From Ginglymostoma cirratum (lineage: Eukaryota): 64,000 bases of DNA. The notes under the pieces were generated by a model. It did not search any database. It saw only the letters and a program-made list of their open reading frames with translations, and was not told where the DNA came from. Both the position numbers and the translations under genes were made by a program. The stretch lies in contig JAHRHZ010000251.1 of assembly GCA_024137785.1 (NCBI GenBank), positions 4,071,395 through 4,135,394 on the forward strand, written 5' to 3'. Below, piece by piece: positions 39,286 to 50,984 of the stretch. The stretch's first letter is position 1. Every line of letters starts with the position of its first letter.

Positions 39286-39961
39286 CTTAGTTGAGATGTC
39301 GTCTTACAGTAGTTATATTGCACTCTCAGACTTCGTGTTTGGCAGTAGGTGAATGAAGGGGACTGAGGAACATTTTACCTATTAGGGCAATAATATGGTA
39401 GTGTTACACGTCAATCTTTATTGGATGTCATATAAATGCACATTTAGCATCCAGTGCTGTCTCCATATGTGAACTGTCAAGCAGAATGGCCAAGGAGTGA
39501 GATGTTAACATGCTCATACATTCACGGCTTTAACAATGTGGACAAGGAGCACAGAAATGACTTATGATAGCTTCATTTACTTCAGGATCTGTCCAGAGCC
39601 ATTAGCCTCAGCAGTAGTCATCTCTTTTTAGCCTGTTAGAGAAAATCCATTCTCCTTCGTCTTCAAGGGGGTAGAGGGTGTATGTAATGAGAGGGCTCTG
39701 GATGGTGGCTACCAGAAGTGTGTGCACCGTCAAAGTTGGCAAAAGCTTGCAGATTAGGAAATGATGATGGTCAGGTACATGCATTTCTTGCAGTCAGAAC
39801 ACTTGAACATGTGTTGCTGATCACCTATCCCATCTCTGCATTGCTGTGCCATCAGGGAGAACTTGTGCAAGATCTCAGTTCTCCTTCTCTTCTTGTTATG
39901 CCGGGTGTGCTCTGTGATCCACATTGTAGACTCCCCTGAATCAGTCAAGGCATCAGAAATA

Positions 39962-40159
39962 AGAGATAACAAGGTGTGGAGCTGGATGAACATAGCAGGC
40001 GAAGCAGCATCAGAGGAGCAGGAAAGCTGACATTTCAGGCCTAGACCAGGCCCGAAACATCAGCTTTCCTGCTCTGATGCTGTTTGGCTTGCTGTGTTCA
40101 TCCAGCTCTACATCTTGTTATCTCCGATTCTCCAGCATCTGCAGTTCCTTCTATCTCTG
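39962..40159. mobile_element. Penelope-like fold-back hairpin insertion
   Basis: Inverted arms of about 75 bp; perfect 15-bp duplication AAGGCATCAGAAATA (39947-39961, 40160-40174). Confidence 0.85.
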
Positions 40160-40411
40160 AAGGCATCAGAAATATATTTTGAACAATCTGATGGTGTACT
40201 CTTTTATAATTGACCTTGTTCAGTAGTGTACGATTTACTAAGGGGATTCTTGATGCCAAGGTTCAAGTCTGTCATAGCATGTCTGAACAGTTTGATTTAA
40301 AAAATATTGTAATGTTTCTTCAAGACTGTGGTAATTGCTGTCATGAGCCACAATCTGAGGGATTGCCCTCATCACATAGAATGCAAACATGAACTTGGGT
40401 GTGGGACTCAT

Positions 40412-41113
40412 TATTGATTTATTGTCACGTGTACCAAAGTACACTGAAAAGCTTTGTTTACAAGCAGTACAGTCAGATCATAGTAAGCAAGGATGTAAAA
40501 ACCAAAAGGTTACATTGCACAGGGTGTGCACTAGGCGAGATCAGTGTTACCAAGATGAGCATTATTTGACGCTAGAGAGTCCATCCAGCTGGGAAGAAGC
40601 TGTTCCTGAACCTGCTCATGCAAGTGTTCAGGCTCCTGAAGAGGTTGCAGGTCATTTCCGGTGTGCAATGGGTCTTTGATGTTGGCAACCTTCCTGCAGC
40701 AGCGAGCCATGTAAATGGAGTCCATGAATGGAAGATTAGCTTCCATGATGGTCAGGGCTGTGCACACCACCATCTGTAGTTTCTTACAGTCCTGGGCAGA
40801 GCAGTTGCCATATCAGGCCATTACACCATTGAAAGCATACTATCTGGGTGTGTATCTGTAGACATGCCAAATTTCCTGAGGAAGAAGCAGCATTGTTGTG
40901 CCTTTTTGAATGTCACATCTCCGTGTGAAGTCCAGGATATGTTGGTTATCTTCACTCTGAGGAACTTGACACTCTCCACCCTCAGTTCCATTGACGTTAA
41001 TGGAGGCAGTGTTCTGTTCCTCTTTCTGAAATCAATGATCAGTTCTTTAGTTTTGCTGACATTGAGAGAGAGGCTGTTATCATCGCACCATGTCACCAAG
41101 CCCTCTATCTCCC
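40412..41113 (-). mobile_element. Rex1/Babar-like LINE 3' fragment
   Basis: WCDDNSLSLNVSKTKELIIDFRK...VESVKFL...KKAQQ; tail TTTATTGTCACGTGTACC...AGTACACTGAAAAG. Confidence 0.88.
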
Positions 41114-42726
41114 CAAATTAGTTGTGGTAACTGAGAGAGTTCCTTAAAATATCTTCGGAAAGATCTATGGGAAGTAAGCACGTTTTGCATAATTCTTTTC
41201 TGGTGGTCATAGATAACAGTAACATGAATGTTAAGGGAGTGGATACTGTGATTCAGTTGATTACAACCTGCCCTAGTTGCTTGGCCATCAATATCTGCTG
41301 AGAATCTGATTAATGGCCATTTATCAACTATATGTACATAGACATAGCTTGGGAATTTGAAACGTGGCCCTAGCAGCACCCTGAAATATGTCACTGGCAG
41401 AGAAATTTGGGGCTGTAGTTATTTTGAGGGCATCTGACATGGGTTCCTTCAAATAATGGGGCTGCAGATGTGCGTACAAGTTTGTAACTACCTTCAAAGA
41501 AAGCTGTAGCCATTATCTCTTAGACATCCAGTGAAGTTGGTACTTTGAATATAATGCTCGTGCTCTTCAGTGATGAGGCCTGCCCTACTTTGGCACTTTC
41601 TGAAATCCCCACATGACCTTATGGTCTAGGTTGTTGTGAAACTAAGGCACTCGTCTGAATCCTTTTCAACAGGTTCCCAAAAGATTTGTTTTGGAGCAAA
41701 AGAAGAGGTGAGGGTATATGAAAATCTTGAGAATTATAATTAATGAAATATGAATGAAACTTTCTACTGGTTCTGCTCATCAGTACTGTAAGTTAAATCA
41801 TTAGAAACCCAAACAGATTATAGAGTAACATTGTGTTTTCATACCTAGATGACTCTCTGCTCAATTTAAAAAAAGTAAAAGGTAGTTGATCTCAGCATTA
41901 CTGACTGCAGGCAAGATCAAGAAATATCTCTTGGAGCATACTCTGGGCCACGTGAATCTCATTCATCTGTTTTCTTAACAGTTCCCCATAAAAGACCCAA
42001 CATCAATCATTATACAATCTAAATTTTAATCTCTTGAATATTGTTTTACACCACATTCTTAAAACATTCAATTTTATGCAAACCTTAAAGCTGAATCACA
42101 TAATTAAAAAGGTATTCAAGTCCACAAAATAATTGACATTGGGCTCCTTTTGATATGAAGACAAAACTAAAATGTGGACCATAGCTTAAATATTAAGCAA
42201 CTAAGCAAAACCAGTGGAGAGCAAATACAGTACTACATGTAAAAAAAATCCCTGACAAATGGTTCAATTTCTAAAACTGAATTCATAATTAAAATCCAAC
42301 TCTCAGGATTTATATAAAAAATAAAAAAAGGACTACAGTACTTGTAAGAAATGTCTGGGTTCATTTAACTGTGGACTCATCCAGTGACCACGTTTTAAAC
42401 CGGGCACATCACATGAAAAGAATTTCTAAGAAAGAACTCGCCATTTCAAGTGGGTCATATATACTTATGTCAGAAAAATCTCAACATGCATTAAGAACTG
42501 CAAAATCTTTTTTTAAAAATATCTTCCATTTTCCATGTGAGAAAGCAATGTACAATAGGTACAAGTGTCATGTTTATTTCAGTTATGACTACTCAGTCAG
42601 AATTTTTTTTCCTCTCCAGCAACCCTCCCCACAAACTCTGGACAAGATGACATATTGGGTGTCTGAACGTTGCAGCCCAACAAATGGCAGTGTAGTGGAC
42701 ATCTTAAGAAACAGCAGCCAGAACCT

Positions 42727-42740
42727 TTAGTGTCGACGGG
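42727..42740 (-). CDS. PWWP2A: PWWP2A distal terminal exon, coding part of the short isoform (A-R-R-H-stop)
   Basis: Strong acceptor CTCTGTTTGTTTTCCCTTTTTAG| then CC CGT CGA CAC TAA, in frame with the phase 1 donor at 50023; followed by AT-rich UTR-like sequence with a minus-strand AATAAA at 42573-42578. Confidence 0.72.
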
Positions 42741-44005
42741 CTAAAAAGGGAAAACAAACAGAGTCAAACAATACATATATAATTCCATTAAATCACAACA
42801 GTAATATTACATGTCAAAATGATAACTACTGGTCAAATCTATTCAAGACACTGCATTTAAGTACAGATCAATTATTGTGATTTTGTTTGAAATGGATGTC
42901 ACCTCTTGGTAATGTGTGCATACTAGTGAAATGGGATTTGAGACCTTCTTTTCTAGACCATAACCTATTGTTGATTTTCTTGATGATATGACTTTAATTG
43001 GGAAGAGGTAGACATCATCCTTAAATAGAGGAATAGTTGGCAAAGAATTCAATAACGTCTACACCAGAGCACAGAAAAAACTCAATTACAATTCTTCAGA
43101 TTTGAGTGGGAAAACGTGGACAAATGTATCTTCCCAAGTTATTCAACCATAACAAGAAGGTTGATAGCACTTTACGTAATTGTATATAGCTGTCAAATTG
43201 AGTTACAAATCACATCTGCAAGTTGAAAATGAAGTATAAATATCATAAACTGCTAACCAAGTGAGAAGTTGCCCCTCAAAAAGTAATTTTTTTCTCTCTT
43301 TCTCCAAACACCACCCCCACTCCCCAAAATACAGGATCTAATGGACAAAAGAAAACAACCATTGAACAAGAAGTGCTAAGTACTAGGTGGTATTTCAGAA
43401 ATAGAAATCAAGTGCCATGCCTGGTAAGTATTCTAAATTACATCATGGAATGATATTAATTAAAACAATTCTCCACAAATGGAGGATATAATGTTGACAA
43501 AAAGAAAGATTGGTTTAAAAAAAACCTGACCATCTGTTCCCTAGTATAGAGAATACTAACTTGGCAAGAATGACTGTCCAATTTTCAGTTGAGCATGTAT
43601 ACAAATGACATAATCCTCTCGATGTGTTTTCGTGTAATTCCATTACAAGTTTCAGGAAAAAAAGTCAGTGATTTGCCAGACATGCAACATCACTAATACA
43701 GGCAACTGAAGGTGATGACTTATTCCGATATCGTTAATCATGGGTGTGCTATTTGTTTGAGTACCTTCCATTTATCTCAGTCTCTCAATTCCAATGTGCA
43801 TACCTATCCATGGACGGTATAGGTCAAACTTGAAAGTTCATGGTTATATAGGGCTGGCTGAATGATGTGAATGAATGTGTTGAATGAACGTAGTGTGACA
43901 TTCAAAATTTGTTCTGTTTTTTTAAAAACTTATGTCTTGTTAAATAATGTTAAATCATGCATTACAGTAGCTGAGACAAAGTAATTTGCTAAATAAATAA
44001 GATGA

Positions 44006-44256
44006 TCATAGAATCCCTAGTGTGGAAACAAGTCCACACCAACCCTCGAGCATCCCACCCAGACCCATCTGCCTAATCTACACTATCCTGAACACTATGG
44101 GTAATTTAGCATGGCCAATCTACCTAGCCTACATATCTATGGGAGAAAATCTGAGCACTCGGAGGAAACCCACACACAGTCGCCCAACGCTGGAATTGAA
44201 CCTGGGTCCCTGGTGCTGTGTGACAGCAGTGCTAACCACTGAGCCATCATGCCGCC
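44006..44256 (-). mobile_element. HE1-type SINE (internally deleted)
   Basis: TCATAGAATCCCTA tail and GCTAACCACTGAGCCATCATGCCGCCC head. Confidence 0.85.
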
Positions 44257-44675
44257 CACAGCAGAAACAAGAAACCAGAGGTAGACTAAATAACAGTATT
44301 TCAGATTGAGTTCAGGTGTCGAATATTTTAAGTTTTGCCAACTGATAATTTTATTTTATATTCAAATAAAAATTCATTTTAAAGTTACTACAGTATCAAA
44401 GGACCATAGGGCTGCCCCGTTACAGAAGCACAACTAGTCGTGAGTTTAACCTGATGGTCACCGTTCAGAGGGCAGGAACTGCCTGTAAACGTCATACTCG
44501 TTCCTGCATTACCATTGTGTTACGTGAAGTCTCCACTGTAAAGATTATCAGCATCCGCAGTTCTTTTTGGTTTTTAAAAGATTCAGTGTCCAGATTGTGT
44601 GTTGGCCTACTTCTTACCCCAGCATTATTTGAACATTCCCTCTATTTCAAACAGTTTGCCTTATTTATACGTTTA

Positions 44676-45132
44676 CAGGATGGTATCCTTTATCTGCATG
44701 TCTGAAAACCATGATACAGAGGTGCCAGTGTTCAACTGGCATGGGAAGGGGAGAAATCACATAATACCAGGTTATAGTCCAAAGGTTTTCAAGTAAACCT
44801 GTTGGACTATAACATGGTGTTGTGTGATTTCTAACCTTGTCTGAAAACCAAAAACTGAAGGTCTTTTTGAAAGCAGGCCTGAACAGACTTGTAGACATGC
44901 TGAGTTCAGAGTTCTGGAAAAAGCTTCACTTCTAGGTTTTTTTTTGTCTAAAAAGGCCTGAACTCAGCATATCGGGCTCTTCAGGGCTGAAAATACCTTC
45001 ACTTCTAGGACTGTTCAGATTAAGTGAAGTCATCCCCCAACATCCCAAAGGGCCCATGCTGATCTATAGAAGGGGCAATTATATCCAAAAACCAGTGGTC
45101 CTGAGGTTTTCAGACAAAGGATTCCTGACTTG
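44676..45132. mobile_element. Tigger/pogo-like MITE with a nested hairpin insertion
   Basis: TA|CAGGATGGTATCCTTTATCTG ... CAGACAAAGGATTCCTGACTTG|TA; internal inverted pair ATGCTGAGTTCAG / CTGAACTCAGCAT. Confidence 0.55.
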
Positions 45133-46884
45133 TAAAATATTTCATTATTATTGTGCAGGCCTTTATAATGTGGAACTCTATAGGCCTACAAACATTGCTT
45201 TGTAACACTGATTTGATAGCTTCTGTAATTTTCATTTTTAAAAAGTATGATGTGCTAAGATATGCAGGTTTATTTCTCTCACCTAGACTAGAACTTCAAC
45301 AGATTTAGAATTATTTTTCATACACTACAAATGCAATATATTCAAAGCAGAAAGGTAGATACATTATCAATCAATCAGTAAAAGTAACTCATAACATTCC
45401 CTTCAACAGCAATGCATTGTCTTGCCAAAGCAAACTGATTTTTTTAAACTTTCTGAATGATGGTGTTGCAGCACTCTGATCATTTCCATTTTAATTCAGC
45501 ACAGTATATTTATGAAAAGTTAGCAAAACAAACAGCACTAAGGATTATCTTACTGCAGCCATTTTCTTTTCCAGACTAGTAAAGGGGCATGTCAGAGAAT
45601 TAAAGCCAAATTCCTTCACTCTTCATAGTGAGCATTTTTAAATGTAACCACTGACGTAGCGCATCACATTTTTCGTTTGTTAGTATTACAACCTACAAAC
45701 AAACTTTAAGAAAATTAAGTAGTACTTCACCTCAATGTTGGCATTAGTCTACATGTTCTCTCCTTTCTGTAACCTGGCCCAATATCCAGGCTGCATGTGG
45801 AACTGTGGCATATAGAATAGGCTCACTATCAGCTCAACCACCATCTAACTCAGAGGGGAAAAAAGCTTAGAAGTAGGCAGATTAAAGAACTTAACCCCTA
45901 ACCAGTTGAAATTTAGTTTAGAATTCAAAAATCTTAAAATGCACAATAACATAACTGTTTATGTGGTAATGTTGACACTTTGAAAGTAATAATTTGAACA
46001 GAAATATTCAGAAAGATGGTTATTGCTCTGCACATTTGAGATTTATAAAGTTTAATCATTGAATTGGCAATATTTTACAGACAAAACATTGAGAAAAATG
46101 TTACTCTACATTGTAACTGAGAGGCTGGTCCAGTACTGTACACACTTCCAAGCTGAGTTTGCATGTTTAAAGCATAACAAAATAAAATGCAACATAAAAT
46201 CAAGCAACGAGGGGACTGGATGGCACAATTCTAGTCTTCAACTCCACTCAGCAATCTTGATCTGCTGACCAAGTGTCCTGCATGAAAGGATTTTGCTTGA
46301 CTCAATCCAGCAACTATGAACTTAGCTGAATTTTTGTCAGAAGCCCCTGGATGGCATGCAAAATTGTCATCTCACTCCCAGTTTCAAAAAAGTCACCATT
46401 AATACTGTGACACACTCCAGTACGGGAGGGTTTTATTTACATTTCCTTTTTTAAAAACACTTAGCTAATTCTGGTTTTCCGTGAAGGAAGGGAACCTACT
46501 ATCTTATATAGGTCAACACATGAATGATGCTGCAGGACTGCTAAAAATTTGCAAATAAATGGCCTTTCTAAAGTTGGCTGTGACCTGATCAATGGGCTTC
46601 TGAATACTGAAGAGCTTAATTTGCTATTAGTAACATTGACTACTTGTGTCTTATGTTCACAGATAGCAGCAGGAATTCACTCTATTCTTTTCACAACAAT
46701 GGATTTGGATTACTGTTGCAATGACGATATTTCCATTGTTGTTATCTGCGATGCTGTAAAGTTACCACTGTCATAAAGATTCTGCATTCTTTCCATTCAG
46801 CACTTCTCTCTTTGTTAGTGTCCAGAGGTTTTGCTACTTGAACCGTTATTTGGAACTGAAGATAGCTTTCATTAATGTAGTGTC

Positions 46885-47000
46885 TTTTAAGACTACAGAA
46901 CATCACAATGCCCTTTTACAACCAATAATCAGGTACTTTCGAAGTGCAGTCAATGATAAAGGCAAACATGGCAATTAATTGAGTAGCAATGTTCCAGAGT
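46885..47000 (-). mobile_element. DeuSINE (SacSINE1/AmnSINE-like) 3' remnant
   Basis: Reverse complement resembles the recalled AATTGGCTGCC...GACTACACTTCAAAAGTAC...TTGGCTGTAAAG segment; strongly diverged. Confidence 0.45.
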
Positions 47001-49324
47001 TATTACAGAATTTGAATTTTGCACTCATTAGGACGAATGTCAAATTTCAAATTATTAACTTGTGAACAGGAGTAAAAGGGTGCCAGAAATTATTAGCTCC
47101 CCATGCTCTTGGTAGTACAATAGAAGGTTTAAGACTTGTACATACTGCTTTGTTTTACAGAAAACTGCCTGTATGTAGTTTCTAGCAAGCGTACATGTGT
47201 TATTAACTACCACGAAGATGAGTTGAGCTATCCCTTTCCTCAACGTGCTTGTTGCTAAACCTGCGATGTTTTCTCTTACTGTCTACTAGACAGTAACCTA
47301 CCTTTACCAATCACTATGCATGCTGGGAATCAGCAGCTTCATATGCTAAAACTTTGAGCTTTAGACGAAATTTTGTAAATGATGCCCTAGCCATTTGCTC
47401 AATTTGTAAACCATTGCACAGCATTCTATGGGGGTAGCAACTATTATGAACAGATCACTATTATCAGAAACTTGAAAATGGATCTGAAAGAAGCCAGGTT
47501 TCTGTCATTACTGTGAAAAGATATTGCAGAAATTTGAACTTCAGGTTAAATGGTGTTCCTGCTATTATCAAGCTGTAAGGCAGGTGGTATTTTCCACTAA
47601 CTGGATGCCAGTTACACAATTCAGCAATGTATTAATTTCAGTGCCAGTGACATGTTAGGTGCATAAGGCAATTCATCCCAATAATCTGTTCGAATCTAAC
47701 GGATCTTCCTTCCAAAAACAAAAAAGGCAAGCCCAAGCTAACAAAATCCAAAACAATGGGTTAGTGATTCTGCAATTGGGTAGCATGTGCTGAACAGTGT
47801 GCTAACAGCTACATTATCAATTAGAGATATTTAGGATTGTAGCACTACCAAGAAGCAAGGTAGACCAGCTTTCTACAAATAAAATTGCCATGTTCAAACC
47901 TTACATCTTTTAGTAACTACCCAGGAGCTTGGAAAGCTTATGTAGATCTATGCTTTCTCAATGGTAATAACTCAGCCAATCAGCAACCTTTTCTCCTGTT
48001 GTGTAAGTCGTTGTGAATATTGGTAATGTCAAATAATGCATTTTTCCTGTTGAGTGCAAGACAAAAAGCATGGGCAACATTTTCCTTTCCCTTCCAGCAA
48101 AAGATAAACTTAAATAGGAAGATGGACTAAAAACACTTAGCAGGTCAGGTACGTCATATGTAATGTTTCAGGTTAATTACCTTTCAGCCATAGATATTTT
48201 TAATCAACCTGTTCAGAGATATTATGATAACTCTGGAGCAGGTGGGACTTGAAGGCAGGTCTTCTGGCCCAAAGTAGGGACACACCCACAGTGCCACAAG
48301 GGCCCTTTTCATCCATCCTAGCCCAACCCACAGATGCTACCTGATGTGCTAAGCATTACAAGCATCAGTGATAATTTGGATTTATAGGAGGTTCATGTCT
48401 TGATTTGATGGCTTAGTTTTGTAACAATCATTGCAGTTTTAAAAAGTTCTAATCCTTTAAATCCATCAATTGGATAAATGAATTCAAACTTTCATTGCAG
48501 TAACATTTTCAACAGCACATCCAAAATAGATGGTCTACAGTTGGTGTCAGCTAACCCACATTTTGACAATAGTTCATTTCAAACTACCCAGCTTGAATCA
48601 CTGATTTAGACATCAGTTTTAAAGATTTTTTTTTAAAAGCATAACCAGGTAAATCATGGTAAAGCATCCATACATTATCAATGAACCAATAAACTTGCTT
48701 CAGTTTTAACATGACCATACTCCAAATAACAGCACTTGAGAGTTGCCCAAAGTATATCTGCACCAATCAATCAATTCCATGGCTCATTTTGATCCTTAGC
48801 ACTAGAAAGAATTTCAAAAAGAAGCTTTTTAGAACTGATAAAGTAACAACTACAAGGGCTGTCTCGATGTGTTGACTGTTTTGGAGCCAATTTTTAAATG
48901 CTTTTCCCTGTTGGGTCTAGAATACAAAAATTTCATCTTAAGCATTCTATTCAAAAGGACAGGAACTCCATAATAAAACAGCCAGCACACAGTCCTTCCA
49001 GGTTTCAGCTCCTACATGTCCAACTTGTGAAATGCTTAAGGCAACTGGGCCTAAAGAAATTAGGGTCTTTCTTGGATTTAAGATTGGTTTATTTGTCCAC
49101 CAAATTCCTGCCTTTAATGCTGAAAATTGATAAAGTAAGTAGATTTATACCCCCTTAGTGTTATAATAGCCAGTAGCCATCCTCATTTTAAAACTAACTT
49201 TGAACTGCATTCATTATACCATTGAGCCTAATTTGATGTTTTACAGTTTGTTACACATATTTAAATTTGGGCATCATTTTAGTGGAACCCCAGCCACTTG
49301 ACTTGCCTACCTTCTTTGATGTTT

Positions 49325-50984
49325 TCATGTTTCAAACTGTGTCAGCAGGGCCCGCACCTCAGGTGTCAGCTGCTTTGCAGCCTTGGCTGCCTCTGTGATG
49401 GCCTTGCGGTAAAGGCCCTTTCTCTTCTTGTTAAACCGTGACTGGAAGTTTTCTAAAAACGGGGAGACTTGTGAAAGAGCCAGGAAAGATGTTGTTGGGG
49501 ACCCAAACCATGAAATTCTGGCCTCCTGTCTTACTAAAAAGCCATTATCTTTCCGGCTCACAGTTATAGTAAGTATGCGGGCAGGCCACCAGGGGAAGCC
49601 GTAAATCTTGGCCCAAACAATGTCCCCTACACATATGGTCTTGCCATCTGGAGTCACACATTTAGAGACATTTTTGGTAAAGACTTTCACTTTCAAGGAA
49701 TTAGTGAGCTTGTCTTCTTTTGAGGAGGAGCAAGGTACATGCATGCTGCCTGGAGGAAAGTCAAATGTTTCAGTAGAACTACATTCTGAGTTGGAGGATT
49801 TTATATCATCTGCGCTATCACTACTACAAACTGAAAAGGCAGAAGAGTCGGATTTATTTTGACTGTAGGTCATATAAACAGTTATATTGCCTCCTCTGCC
49901 CCTTTTCCCCAATTGCTTTTCATCTTGCTCACAAGGCCATTTTATTTCCCTGGTGTCTTTATTCTCATCAGTGGACTGTTCCAACCCTTTTGTGGGACTA
50001 TCTTTTTCAGAAGGCTGCTCACCTGCTGAGCGGGAAGAGGTACAGCGAGGCGGCGCTTTGGACGCTGTCTTACAGCTGCGTAGTCTATCAAGTTTAGCTT
50101 TGTAAACAGAGTCATTTTCTTCATTTCTGTACCTTTGTGGCTTTAAGCGAATCCGTGGAGGGAGAGAGCCGGAGTTGGTTGTTTGAAAGCGCCGTGTAAA
50201 ATGAACTTTTGGAATGGTACCACCAGAAGATGAAACTTCCTGCTGTTTCTTTTGAACTTTCTCTTTGGCCATTTTTAGTACTTCCCTGGCTTTTGAGTGA
50301 TCTACATTCTTGTTCTGTAGAACTTTTTTGGGATTCAACTGCACTTTAGAACTATGTACTTGAGAAGAAATCTTGACTACTTTGCCCTTGCCTGTAGTTA
50401 GATTTGAAATTTTAATGACTGTATTTCTCTTCTGACCATCATACTGCGTTTTTGCTTCCAGTTTGTGATCTGTTTTCAGTCTCTTAGACATAGCAGGCGC
50501 ACTGTCATTTTTTCGTTTCTTGTCCTCATTTCGAGAAGTGTCATTTGTGCTGCCACCCCTTCTCAACTCTCTTTTATCTGCAGAAATACTGTTTTTGCAT
50601 CGATCACATAGAACTTGTCTTGGTCGGAGTTTAATAGAATTCATTATGGAAGTAGACTCCTCTCTGAACATTTTCTTTTTAGGTCGTTTAATCCTTCTCG
50701 GAGGAGGTTGAGGTATGGACTGGTTATACGTGTGTCTAATAAACAGTGGAGGAGGGTAAGGTGCTCCTTCATAAAATAACGGTGCAGGTTTGGCAGTCCA
50801 CAGGCTTTCAACCACACTAGGGTGTGCAGAGGGTACCAAAGACGCTGCTTCACAAGTACCTGCAGATTTTGAACTTTGTTGGATCTGTTGCTGGAATGGT
50901 TCACACTGAAGTTGCACTAAGTCAGTTTTATCCTTGTAGTCCCTTTTTGGAAGCACAGTCACAGGAATTCCATAGGGCCCAAAC
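49325..50984 (-). CDS. PWWP2A: PWWP2A exon 2 (main coding exon with C-terminal PWWP domain)
   Basis: Acceptor TTCTCAG|G TTT GGG; FGPYGIPVTVLPKRDYKDK, GAPYPPPLFIRHTYNQSIPQPPPR, VGDIVWAKIYGFPWWPARIL, ending ALLTQFET* (TGA at 49325-49327). Confidence 0.97.

Noticed and set aside
46211-46224. GGGGACTGGATGGC resembling the LF-SINE 5' end
   Set aside because: Similarity stops after 14 nt, too short to call.
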